NCBI GenBank assembly: GCA_045532335.1
Contig: JAZSFR010000008.1
Location: 128,643 to 192,642 of the forward strand
Source of the DNA: Paludibacteraceae bacterium
GTDB taxonomy: Bacteria; Bacteroidota; Bacteroidia; Bacteroidales; Paludibacteraceae
DNA length: 64,000 nt
Direction: 5' to 3'
A program made the position numbers and the translations under genes. Positions 9,142 through 17,766 of the stretch are shown in pieces (within the stretch, counting starts at the first letter, position 1; every line of letters starts with the position of its first letter). The notes under the pieces are model-generated. The model did not search any database. It was not told the origin of the DNA and saw only the letters and a list, made by a program, of their open reading frames with translations.

Positions 9142-9185
9142 TTCCTGCGGACTTTTTGAGGAGGCTGAAAATGTGTCCGCAGGAA
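9142..9185. repeat. 11-bp perfect inverted repeat
   Basis: TTCCTGCGGAC (9142-9152) and GTCCGCAGGAA (9175-9185), followed by the near-duplicate GTCCGTAGGA. Confidence 0.85.
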
Positions 9186-9252
9186 GTCCGTAGGAGAGTG
9201 GGCTTATTCTTTAAGCCATTGATTATGAGAGATAGTGACACTTGAAAAGTGT

Positions 9253-9311
9253 GTGCGCAATCTGCGAATTATGCGAATTCGCACTTTTCGCAGAAATCGC
9301 AGTTTGCGCAC
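9253..9311. repeat. nested inverted repeats
   Basis: Three nested pairs: GTGCGCAA / TTGCGCAC (9253-9260 / 9304-9311), TCTGCGAA / TTCGCAGA (9261-9268 / 9287-9294), and the central palindrome TGCGAATTCGCA (9272-9283). Confidence 0.85.
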
Positions 9312-9502
9312 ATAGAAATGTATGGATAGGAGGTAGTGGCACTAGCCGTACTAGTGATTCTAGTTGCACTGGTTGAAGATTCGCAGAAACTTACTTCTCA
9401 TCCATCCTAAGTGGTGTCGGAGTGGTAACGGTGTTGCTATAAGATAAGCAAGAGATGTGAATCACATAGTAATCCTATACTAATCTTATAGTAATCACAT
9501 AG

Positions 9503-9524
9503 TATGAACCCGTCATGAACCCGT
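9503..9524. repeat. tandem 11-mers (T/C)ATGAACCCGT x2, part of a dispersed intergenic element
   Basis: TATGAACCCGT CATGAACCCGT. The second copy of the element is at 29700-29721 (TATAAACCCGT TATGAACCCGT). Both are preceded by GGAGTGGTAACGG (9419-9431 and 29677-29689). Confidence 0.8.
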
Positions 9525-9604
9525 GATTAGTAGTTAATAGTTAATAATTAATATCTTTCTTAGATAGATAAAATCTATCTTTTTTGCAAATAATCTGTGT
9601 TTTA

Positions 9605-9636
9605 CTTGCATATGTGGAAAAAAAATTATACTTTTG
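9605..9636 (+). promoter_or_regulatory. promoter of thiL (-33 CTTG / -7 TActTTTG)
   Basis: TACTTTTG at 9629-9636 and CTTG at 9605-9608, with a 20-nt spacer. Confidence 0.5.
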
Positions 9637-9660
9637 TGCCCGATTTTAATATGCATAACT

Positions 9661-10686
9661 ATGGCTACACAGATTTCGACATTAGGGGAGTTTGGTTTGA
9701 TTAAGCACTTGACCAAGGATTTTCAATCACAACAAGCCTCTACACAAAAGGCAATTGGCGATGATGCTGCGGTACTCAACTTCGGCAACAAACGCACATT
9801 GGTGACTACTGACCTATTGTTGGAAGGTATTCACTTTAACCTTGAATATGTGCCCCTCAAACACCTTGGCTATAAAGCGGCCGTGGTGAACTTCTCCGAT
9901 ATCTACGCCATGAATGGCAAGCCTACACAAATAACTGTGTCTCTAGGTATTAGCCAACGATTCTCTGTAGAAGACCTAGAACAACTATATGCCGGCATCA
10001 AACTCGCTTGCGAGCGCTACGGCGTTGATCTCGTAGGTGGTGACACCTGTTCATCCATGACCGGTTTGACCATCTCTATCACCTGTTTGGGCGAAGGATA
10101 TGACTCCGATATTGTTTATCGCAACGGAGCACAAGTCAATGACTTGATCTGTGTGACGGGTAATCTAGGTACTGCGTATATGGGTTTGCAATTGCTTGAG
10201 CGCGAGCGCATCGTGATGAACGCGGACGAGAATGCAACTCCTGCTTTTGAAGGTCGTGAGTACTTGCTTGAGCGTCAACTCAAACCAGAGGCACGCAAAG
10301 ATATCATAGAACAACTGCACAAAGCGGGCATCAAACCAACAGCGATGATGGACATCTCGGACGGATTGAGCAGCGAGCTCAAACATATCTGCTCGCAATC
10401 GGGAGTGGGTTGCGCAATCTACGAAGATAAACTGCCAATCGACTACCAAGCTGCGGCGCTAGCCGAGGAGATGAACCTCAATATCGTAACCTGCGCACTA
10501 AACGGCGGTGAAGATTACGAACTCTTATTCACCTGCAAACTGGATGATTATGAGAAGCTCGTTCCAATAGAGGATGTCTATCTCATCGGTCATATCACCA
10601 AAGTCGAGCACGGACTGAACATCGTGGGACGCAATGGCGAAGAACTGCCTCTTCAAGCCCAAGGATGGAGCGCTTTCAAGGAGTGA
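9661..10686 (+). CDS. thiL: thiamine-monophosphate kinase
   Basis: MATQISTLGEFGLIKHL...IGDDAAVL is an AIR-synthase-related fold typical of ThiL. ATG 9661 is chosen because the -7 promoter box (9629-9636) lies inside the longer TTG-started track ORF. Confidence 0.85.
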   Translation: MATQISTLGEFGLIKHLTKDFQSQQASTQKAIGDDAAVLNFGNKRTLVTTDLLLEGIHFNLEYVPLKHLGYKAAVVNFSDIYAMNGKPTQITVSLGISQRFSVEDLEQLYAGIKLACERYGVDLVGGDTCSSMTGLTISITCLGEGYDSDIVYRNGAQVNDLICVTGNLGTAYMGLQLLERERIVMNADENATPAFEGREYLLERQLKPEARKDIIEQLHKAGIKPTAMMDISDGLSSELKHICSQSGVGCAIYEDKLPIDYQAAALAEEMNLNIVTCALNGGEDYELLFTCKLDDYEKLVPIEDVYLIGHITKVEHGLNIVGRNGEELPLQAQGWSAFKE

Positions 10687-10758
10687 TAATTCCCACTGAT
10701 CTCACGGATAATCACAGAAAGACAACAAATACTCGAAACTTATTAAACTCTATATAGA

Positions 10759-13455
10759 ATGGACGCAAAATACAATCCTAAAGACATTGAAGCCAAATGG
10801 TATCAATATTGGCAAGACAAGAAGTTATTTCACAGTACTCCTGACGGTCGTGAGGCATACACCGTAGTTATTCCTCCACCAAACGTGACAGGTGTGCTGC
10901 ACATGGGACACGTACTCAACAATACTATCCAAGATATCTTGGTTCGTCGCGCTCGCCTTGAGGGCAAGAACGCTTGTTGGGCACCTGGTACTGACCACGC
11001 TAGTATTGCTACCGAAGCTAAGGTTATCAAACGCCTCAAAGAGCAAGGCATCAACAAGAGTGATTTGACTCGTGAGGAGTTCCTCAAGCACGCTTGGGCA
11101 TGGACTGAGGAGCACGGAGGTATCATCTTGAAGCAATTGCGCACTTTGGGCTGCTCTTGCGATTGGGACCGTACGGCTTTCACTATGGACGAGACACGCT
11201 CCAAAGCTGTGATTGATGTGTTCTGCGACCTATACAACAAGGGATTGATCTACCGCGGCTTGCGTATGGTGAACTGGGATCCAGAGCGCCAGACTGCCCT
11301 CTCTGACGAGGAGGTGATCTACCAAGAGGAGCATAGCAAGTTGTACTATATGAAGTACTACATAGTGGAAGGTGATGAGGTTCAGGAGTTCAGTGGTTCA
11401 GAGGAGAATGTTATTCATAAAGATGAGAAAGGTTACTACGCCGTAGTGGCTACCACTCGCCCTGAGACCATCATGGGTGACGTGGCAATGTGTATCAACC
11501 CTAAAGACCCTAAGAACCAATGGCTGAAAGGCAAGCACGTGATAGTACCAAAAGTAGGTCGTGTGATTCCTGTGATTGAGGACCGCTACGTGGAGATTGA
11601 GTTCGGTACCGGTTGTTTGAAGGTGACTCCTGCACACGACGTGAATGACTACGCATTGGGACAAAAATATGACCTCACCACCTATGATATCTTTACCGCA
11701 GACGCGCACGTGAATGTAGAGGGATTGGAGGCAGATATCTATCCTAATGTAGCTGCATACCAAGGCATGGACCGCTTCGATTGCCGCAAGCAAATCGTAG
11801 TGGATCTACAAGCCGAAGGATTGGTGGAGAAAGTGGAAGACTACACCAACAAGGTGGGTTATTCTGAGCGTACGAATGTGCCTATCGAGCCACGCTTGAG
11901 TTTGCAATGGTTTATCCGTATGCAGCACTTTGCAGATATCGCTCTTCCACCAGTAATGGAGGATGATATTGTGTTCTATCCAACCAAATACAAAAACACT
12001 TATCGCAACTGGCTTGAGAATATCAAAGACTGGTGTATCTCACGCCAACTCTGGTGGGGACATCGTATTCCTGCGTACTACGAGAAAGCGTTGCTAGAGG
12101 AGACAGGCGCAGAGAACTATCCAGAGGATAAGATCATCGTAGCGCCAAACATCGAGGCAGCGGCCGAAAAGTCTGGCTTGAGCATAGATGCGTTGGTACA
12201 AGACGAAGGTGCATTGGATACATGGTTCTCATCATGGCTCTGGCCAATCAGCCTCTTTGATGGCATTGAGAACCCTGGTAATGAGGAGATTAACTATTAC
12301 TACCCAACCGCTGACTTGGTGACTGGTCCAGATATCATCTTCTTCTGGGTAGCACGTATGATTATGGCGGGTTATGAGTATATCGGCAAGATGCCATTCC
12401 GTCATGTATATTTCACCGGTATTGTGCGCGATAAATTGGGTCGCAAGATGTCTAAGTCATTGGGTAACAGCCCTGATCCATTGGATCTCATCGAGCGCTT
12501 TGGTGCGGACGGCGTGCGTATGGGTATGATGCTCTGCGCTCCTGCGGGCAATGATATCTTGTTCGACGATAGCCTCTGCGAACAAGGACGTAACTTCTGC
12601 AATAAGATTTGGAACTGCTTCCGATTGATTAAGGGTTGGGCGGTCAGCGACCGAGGCGAACAAAGCGATGCCGCAGCTTGGGGCGTTGAGTGGTTTGAAG
12701 CAGTATTGGCTAAAGCACAAACAGAGGTGGCTGACTTGTTCAGTAAGTACCGTTTGAGCGAGGCGTTGATGGCTATCTACAAGCTCTTCTGCGACGAGTT
12801 CTCTGGTTGGTACTTGGAGATCATCAAACCTGCATACGGTCAACCTATTGACAAGGCAACCTATGAGAAGACTATCCAATTTATGGATACGATGCTCAAG
12901 TTGTTGCACCCATTCATGCCATTCATTACCGAGGAGTTGTGGCAAGCAATTGAGGAGCGCCAAGAGGGCGAATCACTCATGGTTTCTCCTTTGGAGAAGG
13001 TTCAGGAGTTCAGTGGTTCAGAGGTGAAGGAAGCTGAACAATGCTTTGACATCATCTCTGCTATCCGCAATATCCGTGCGCAAAAGAATATCTCTCCTAA
13101 GGAGATGTTGACATTGGTTTGTCCAGAGGCATTGCCAGCAGTGGTAGTGAAATTGGCGAATGTAGAGTTGGCTGTAGGTGCGGAGAAGAGTGCTGGTAGC
13201 GCATCTTTCATCATCGGTACCACCGAGTATAGCGTGCCATTGGAGAAGTTCATCAATGTGGACGAAGAATTGAAGAAACTCGAGGCCGAGTTGGCTCACC
13301 AAGAGGGCTTCTTGCGTGGTGTGATGGGCAAGCTGAACAACGAGCGCTTTGTGCAAAACGCTAAGCCAGAGGTGGTAGAGTTGGAGCGCAAGAAGAAAGC
13401 GGATGCTGAGAGTCGCATTGCCACCATCAAGGAGGCAATTGCTCAACTGCGTTGA
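10759..13455 (+). CDS. valS: valine--tRNA ligase
   Basis: 898 aa. Class I HIGH-type motif ([11 protein letters not shown]), KMSKS present, C-terminal coiled coil. Confidence 0.97.
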   Translation: MDAKYNPKDIEAKWYQYWQDKKLFHSTPDGREAYTVVIPPPNVTGVLHMGHVLNNTIQDILVRRARLEGKNACWAPGTDHASIATEAKVIKRLKEQGINKSDLTREEFLKHAWAWTEEHGGIILKQLRTLGCSCDWDRTAFTMDETRSKAVIDVFCDLYNKGLIYRGLRMVNWDPERQTALSDEEVIYQEEHSKLYYMKYYIVEGDEVQEFSGSEENVIHKDEKGYYAVVATTRPETIMGDVAMCINPKDPKNQWLKGKHVIVPKVGRVIPVIEDRYVEIEFGTGCLKVTPAHDVNDYALGQKYDLTTYDIFTADAHVNVEGLEADIYPNVAAYQGMDRFDCRKQIVVDLQAEGLVEKVEDYTNKVGYSERTNVPIEPRLSLQWFIRMQHFADIALPPVMEDDIVFYPTKYKNTYRNWLENIKDWCISRQLWWGHRIPAYYEKALLEETGAENYPEDKIIVAPNIEAAAEKSGLSIDALVQDEGALDTWFSSWLWPISLFDGIENPGNEEINYYYPTADLVTGPDIIFFWVARMIMAGYEYIGKMPFRHVYFTGIVRDKLGRKMSKSLGNSPDPLDLIERFGADGVRMGMMLCAPAGNDILFDDSLCEQGRNFCNKIWNCFRLIKGWAVSDRGEQSDAAAWGVEWFEAVLAKAQTEVADLFSKYRLSEALMAIYKLFCDEFSGWYLEIIKPAYGQPIDKATYEKTIQFMDTMLKLLHPFMPFITEELWQAIEERQEGESLMVSPLEKVQEFSGSEVKEAEQCFDIISAIRNIRAQKNISPKEMLTLVCPEALPAVVVKLANVELAVGAEKSAGSASFIIGTTEYSVPLEKFINVDEELKKLEAELAHQEGFLRGVMGKLNNERFVQNAKPEVVELERKKKADAESRIATIKEAIAQLR
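11378..11404 (+). repeat. 27-nt perfect repeat inside valS, copy 1
   Basis: AGGTTCAGGAGTTCAGTGGTTCAGAGG is identical to 12998-13024, in the same reading frame, and encodes VQEFSGSE. Confidence 0.9.
12998..13024 (+). repeat. 27-nt perfect repeat inside valS, copy 2
   Basis: Identical to 11378-11404. Confidence 0.9.
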
Positions 13456-13517
13456 GCGGGACGGGCAAAGCCCTAAAGGACGCTTCGCTATAGGTTATAG
13501 GCAGTTTGTAAACTAAT

Positions 13518-13778
13518 ATGAGAGATTTAGCATCACTTCGTGAGGAGATTGACCAATTGGATGAACAGTTGTGGGGGGTTATTGGTAAGCGTGCAGATGT
13601 GGTTCGCCAAATAGGCGAATGGAAACGTCAGCACGGTGAGCAGGTAATCCAACCTGAACGATGGCAAGAGGTCTTACAACATTGTCAATCTGTAGCCGAT
13701 AGACACGGACTGAGTGAGACGGTGGTTCAAGAAGTGATGGAAGCAATACACAACGAGAGCGTCAGGATAGAGTCCTGA
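13518..13778 (+). CDS. chorismate mutase (AroQ type, small)
   Basis: 86 aa. LREEIDQLDEQLWGVIGKRADVVRQIGEWKRQHG is typical of the CM_2 helical fold. Confidence 0.75.
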   Translation: MRDLASLREEIDQLDEQLWGVIGKRADVVRQIGEWKRQHGEQVIQPERWQEVLQHCQSVADRHGLSETVVQEVMEAIHNESVRIES

Positions 13779-13873
13779 TGCTTTTGTTATCTAGTTTGGC
13801 ACGGTTTTTGTAATATTCAACACAGGAAAAAATATTCCTTGTTTTGGCGTGTAATATATAAACTATTTATCAT

Positions 13874-14869
13874 ATGCAAACAACAGTTGATATTCGTGAA
13901 TTGCAAGAGCGCATTGAGCGCGAGAGTTCTTTTGTAGATGCTCTAACCATGGGCATGAACCAAATGATTGTGGGTCAAAAACATTTGGTAGAGAGTCTTT
14001 TGATTGGTCTTTTGGCAGATGGACATATCCTATTGGAGGGTGTTCCTGGTTTGGCAAAAACCTTGGCCATTAAAACATTGGCACAGTTGGTGAAAGCGGA
14101 TTTTAGCCGTATTCAGTTTACTCCTGACCTCTTGCCTGCCGATGTGATTGGTACACAAATCTACTCACAAAAATCAGAGGAGTTTAAGGTAAAACAAGGC
14201 CCTATCTTTGCTAACTTCGTATTGGCAGATGAGATCAACCGTGCTCCAGCTAAAGTGCAATCTGCGTTGTTGGAGGCTATGCAAGAGCGTCAAATCACCA
14301 TCGGTGAGCAGACATATAAACTCGATGAGCCATTCCTCGTGCTCGCTACTCAAAACCCTGTGGAGCAAGAGGGTACTTATCCATTGCCAGAAGCACAAAC
14401 AGACCGTTTTATGCTTAAGGTAGTGATCGGCTATCCTAAGAAAGAGGAAGAGAAACAGATTATTCGTCAAAACATCACAGGCGAGAAGGTTGTGGTCAAT
14501 CCTATCTTGAGCACTGAGGATATTCTCAAAGCACGCGAGATTGTGCGTGAGGTGTATATCGATGAAAAGATTGAGCGTTACATCGTAGATATCGTGTTTG
14601 CTACTCGTGAGCCTGAGGCATATGGTTTGGAAGGTCTGAAACCAATGATTAACTTTGGTGGCTCCCCACGTGCTAGTATCAACTTGGCATTGGCAGCCCG
14701 TGCATACGCCTTTATCCATCGTCGCGGTTATGTGATCCCAGAGGATGTACGAGCAGTTTGCTACGATGTACTTCGTCATCGTATTGGTCTTACCTATGAG
14801 GCTGAGGCTAATAATATCACAACCGAAGATGTGATTACTGAGGTTTTGAACGCTGTACAAGTACCATAA
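13874..14869 (+). CDS. MoxR-family AAA+ ATPase (first gene of Bat/aerotolerance-type operon)
   Basis: 331 aa. HILLEGVPGLAKT Walker A, ILADEINRAPAKVQSALLEAMQE, and the MoxR-typical VLATQNPVEQEGTYPLPEAQTDRF. Confidence 0.95.
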   Translation: MQTTVDIRELQERIERESSFVDALTMGMNQMIVGQKHLVESLLIGLLADGHILLEGVPGLAKTLAIKTLAQLVKADFSRIQFTPDLLPADVIGTQIYSQKSEEFKVKQGPIFANFVLADEINRAPAKVQSALLEAMQERQITIGEQTYKLDEPFLVLATQNPVEQEGTYPLPEAQTDRFMLKVVIGYPKKEEEKQIIRQNITGEKVVVNPILSTEDILKAREIVREVYIDEKIERYIVDIVFATREPEAYGLEGLKPMINFGGSPRASINLALAARAYAFIHRRGYVIPEDVRAVCYDVLRHRIGLTYEAEANNITTEDVITEVLNAVQVP

Positions 14870-14889
14870 CAGACCGCTCAGCGGACAGT

Positions 14890-14922
14890 TAGAGTTGAGT
14901 GTTTAGTGTTTAGAGTTTAGAG
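14890..14922. repeat. 7-nt periodic GTTTAG-word spacer between moxR and DUF58 genes
   Basis: TAGAGTTGAGTGTTTAGTGTTTAGAGTTTAGAG. TAG at 14904, 14911 and 14918 covers all three frames. Confidence 0.85.
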
Positions 14923-14925
14923 GGA

Positions 14926-15789
14926 ATGACTTCAGAAGAACTATTAAAACGAGTACGGAAGATAGAGATTAAGACTCGCCGATTGAGTCGCAATATCTTC
15001 GCGGGCGAGTATCACTCGCAGTTCAAAGGACGCGGTATGGCGTTCTCTGAAGTGCGCGAGTATCAGCCTGGAGATGATGTGCGCTCTATTGACTGGAATG
15101 TGACTGCACGTCTCAATAAACCCTATATCAAGGTCTTTGAGGAAGAACGCGAGCTGACCGTGATGCTGCTAGTGGATGTGTCAGGTAGTCGCCATTTCGG
15201 TACGCTTACCCAGATGAAGCGTGATATGATGGCGGAAGTGGCTGCAACCTTGGCGTTCTCAACCATTGCGAACAACGATAAGGTGGGTGTGATATTCTTC
15301 TCCGATAAAATAGAGAAATTTATTCCGGCTCAAAAGGGTAAGACGCATGTCTTGCATATTATTCGTGAGTTGTTGAGCTTTGAGCCTACATCAACGGGAA
15401 CGGATATAGCACAAGCGTTGCAATATTTCTCCAATGCGCAAAAACGTCATTGTACCGCATTCCTGATTTCGGACTTTATTGGTGTGGAAGGATTGGAAAA
15501 ACCATTGATGATTGCTTCTAACCGCCATGAGGTGAACGCTATACAGATATATGACCGTCGTGAAACAGAATTGCCTGATGTGGGATTGATCAAGTTCCAT
15601 GATGCGGAAACAGGGCAAGACTTGTGGGTGGACACCGCTGTGACTAGCGTGCGTGAGCAATATGCTAGCGAGTGGAAGCAAAATCAAAGTCGCATAGAGC
15701 AATTGTGTACGAAGACGGGCGTTAAGCGAATGAGTGTGCGTACGGATGAAGATTATGTCAAGGCATTGATGAAGTTGTTTAAGAGTTGA
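14926..15789 (+). CDS. DUF58 domain protein
   Basis: 287 aa. GEYHSQFKGRGMAFSEVREYQPGDDVRSIDWNVTAR is the characteristic DUF58 signature. Canonical partner of MoxR. Confidence 0.9.
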   Translation: MTSEELLKRVRKIEIKTRRLSRNIFAGEYHSQFKGRGMAFSEVREYQPGDDVRSIDWNVTARLNKPYIKVFEEERELTVMLLVDVSGSRHFGTLTQMKRDMMAEVAATLAFSTIANNDKVGVIFFSDKIEKFIPAQKGKTHVLHIIRELLSFEPTSTGTDIAQALQYFSNAQKRHCTAFLISDFIGVEGLEKPLMIASNRHEVNAIQIYDRRETELPDVGLIKFHDAETGQDLWVDTAVTSVREQYASEWKQNQSRIEQLCTKTGVKRMSVRTDEDYVKALMKLFKS

Positions 15790-15804
15790 GAGTTAAGAGT
15801 TGAG
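15784..15804. repeat. 7-nt periodic spacer AGTTGAG AGTTAAG AGTTGAG
   Basis: Stops TGA 15787, TAA 15794 and TGA 15801 fall in three different frames. The first is the DUF58 stop codon. Confidence 0.85.
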
Positions 15805-15806
15805 AT

Positions 15807-16727
15807 ATGATAGCAATGATTCTGGCGCTGATAGTAAGCGCAACATTAGATAGTACTACACTCTTTATCGGTGATCAAACCGATTTGCACTTGCGTGCAA
15901 CCTGTGCGGCAGGTGAGCAAGTGACTATGCCGGTGTTGAATAAAGAACTGATCCCCGGTGTGGAGATTGTGGATCGTACGATTGTAGATACGCTCTCGCT
16001 TAAAGATGGTCGTGTGCAATATGATCAATATTTGACCTTGACCTCGTTTGAGGATTCGTTGTTCTATATCGCACCTCTGCCTTTTGTGAACGGAGATGAC
16101 ACGGTATGGAGCGAAGGTCTAACATTGAATGTGGTACAACCTTTTGAAATGGATACTACCGATATGGCTATCACAGATATTAAGGGTGTGTATAAAGCAC
16201 CTATCTGGTGGTGGGGTATCTTCAGATGGGTGTTGCTAGCGCTCTTATTGGCAGGTGTAGGAGTTGCAGGTTATTACCTGATAACCTACTTGCAGAACCG
16301 CAAGCGTGAAGAACAGGGTAATGACGTGATTACCGTACCTTTGCGCCCAGCCGAGGAAGTGGCATTGGAGAAGTTGGATGCCATTAAGGAGAAGAAAATC
16401 TGGCAACAAGGTCAAGTGAAGGAGTATTACACCCAACTCACTGATGTGGTGCGTGAGTATATCGCGCGTCGTTTTGAGGTGAGTAGCGTGGAGCAGACAT
16501 CGGATGAAACATTGCGAGACATACGTCCATTACTCAACGAACGCAAAGACCTATATGACCAATTGCGTAAGATGCTGACTTTGGCTGACTTGGTTAAGTT
16601 TGCTAAGTGGAGCACCACACCTGATGAGAATGAGTTGAGTTTGCGTAATGCATATACTTTTGTGAAGGAAACTGCGACAGAGTCGCAAGAGGAGTTGAAA
16701 GTTGAAGAGTTAAAGTCGAAAGTTTAA
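15807..16727 (+). CDS. membrane protein of Bat operon (DUF4381-like)
   Basis: 306 aa with a central TM helix (WVLLALLLAGVGVAGYYLI). It occupies the conserved position between DUF58 and BatA. Confidence 0.6.
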   Translation: MIAMILALIVSATLDSTTLFIGDQTDLHLRATCAAGEQVTMPVLNKELIPGVEIVDRTIVDTLSLKDGRVQYDQYLTLTSFEDSLFYIAPLPFVNGDDTVWSEGLTLNVVQPFEMDTTDMAITDIKGVYKAPIWWWGIFRWVLLALLLAGVGVAGYYLITYLQNRKREEQGNDVITVPLRPAEEVALEKLDAIKEKKIWQQGQVKEYYTQLTDVVREYIARRFEVSSVEQTSDETLRDIRPLLNERKDLYDQLRKMLTLADLVKFAKWSTTPDENELSLRNAYTFVKETATESQEELKVEELKSKV

Positions 16728-16737
16728 AGTTAAGGGT

Positions 16738-17727
16738 ATGACATTTGCTAGTCCAGGATATTTGTTTTTGTTGCTACTATTAGTACCAATAGTAGGTTGG
16801 TATATATGGAAATTGCACAGTGCGCATGCTGCGGTGCAGTTGTCATCTACTGCTAGTTTGCAACAGCAACCTAAGAGTCTGCGCGTATGGTTGATCCATG
16901 TGCCTTTTGTGTTGCGCGTGTTGTTAGTGACCTTGTTGTCCTTGGCATTGGCGCGACCACAATTGAGCAATCGTTGGCAGGCGGAGTCCACCGAAGGTAT
17001 CGATATCATGATGGCATTGGATATCTCAGGTACAATGCTAGGCGAGGACCTTAAGCCTAACCGTTTGGAAGCGGCTAAAGCGGTGGCAACGGATTTTGTG
17101 CTGTCTCGTCCTAATGATCAGATTGGTTTGGTCGTGTTTGCTGGTGAGAGTTTTACGCAATGTCCTTTGACTACAGATCATGCGGTGCTTGTCAATCTGT
17201 TCCAGTCTGTTAAGTTTGGAATGATAGAGGATGGTACTGCCATAGGTTTGGGTCTAGCTAATGCGGTTAATCGCATGAAAGACTCACCTACGAAGTCCAA
17301 AGTAGTGATTCTGTTGACTGATGGTAGTAATAACCGTGGTGATATTGATCCACAAACAGCTGCTGAGATTGCTAAGACCTTTAATATACGCGTGTACGCG
17401 ATAGGCGTAGGTAGTTATAGCAAAGAGGTCAAGGTGCCTATCCATACTCCATATGGTGTGCAATATGGTACGATGAGCTCGGAGTTTGATGAGACAACCT
17501 TGCGCAATATTGCGCAAATGACTGGTGGTGAGTATTTCCGCGCCACAGATAACAATAGTCTGCGTGCTATTTATAGTCAAATTGACCAACTAGAAAAGAC
17601 CAAGATTCGTGTGCGTGAGTATTCTAAACGCACCGAGCATTTTGCTCCGTTCTTGATGGCAGCATTGGCATGTATGTTGTTGGAATTGTTGATCCGTTAC
17701 TTTGTGTTAAGAACGATAGCAGAGTAG
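16738..17727 (+). CDS. batA: VWA domain protein BatA
   Basis: 329 aa. N-terminal TM helices, MIDAS motif ALDISGTM, von Willebrand A fold, C-terminal TM helix. Confidence 0.9.
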   Translation: MTFASPGYLFLLLLLVPIVGWYIWKLHSAHAAVQLSSTASLQQQPKSLRVWLIHVPFVLRVLLVTLLSLALARPQLSNRWQAESTEGIDIMMALDISGTMLGEDLKPNRLEAAKAVATDFVLSRPNDQIGLVVFAGESFTQCPLTTDHAVLVNLFQSVKFGMIEDGTAIGLGLANAVNRMKDSPTKSKVVILLTDGSNNRGDIDPQTAAEIAKTFNIRVYAIGVGSYSKEVKVPIHTPYGVQYGTMSSEFDETTLRNIAQMTGGEYFRATDNNSLRAIYSQIDQLEKTKIRVREYSKRTEHFAPFLMAALACMLLELLIRYFVLRTIAE

Positions 17728-17730
17728 AGC

Positions 17731-17757
17731 TTATAGTTTAGTGTTTAGTGTTTAAGG
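17731..17757. repeat. 7-nt periodic GTTTAGT spacer between batA and batB
   Basis: TTATAGTTTAGTGTTTAGTGTTTAAGG. Stops at 17734, 17739, 17746 and 17753 cover all frames. Confidence 0.85.
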
Positions 17758-17766
17758 CAAGGATAT

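Noticed and set aside
8927-9633. A possible CRISPR array, invertible promoter or TPP riboswitch upstream of thiL.
   Set aside because: The repeats are heterogeneous and not regularly spaced with unique spacers, so this is not a CRISPR array. The inverted repeats flank only 20-50 nt, not a 150-700 bp invertible segment, and no recombinase gene is nearby. The conserved TPP-riboswitch elements (CUGAGA ... ACCUGAUCUGGAUAAUGCCAGCG) are absent.
1-9633. Calling the AT-rich block a mobile element.
   Set aside because: No integrase, transposase, relaxase, terminal inverted repeats or target-site duplication is visible within the window. It is reported only as a compositional island.
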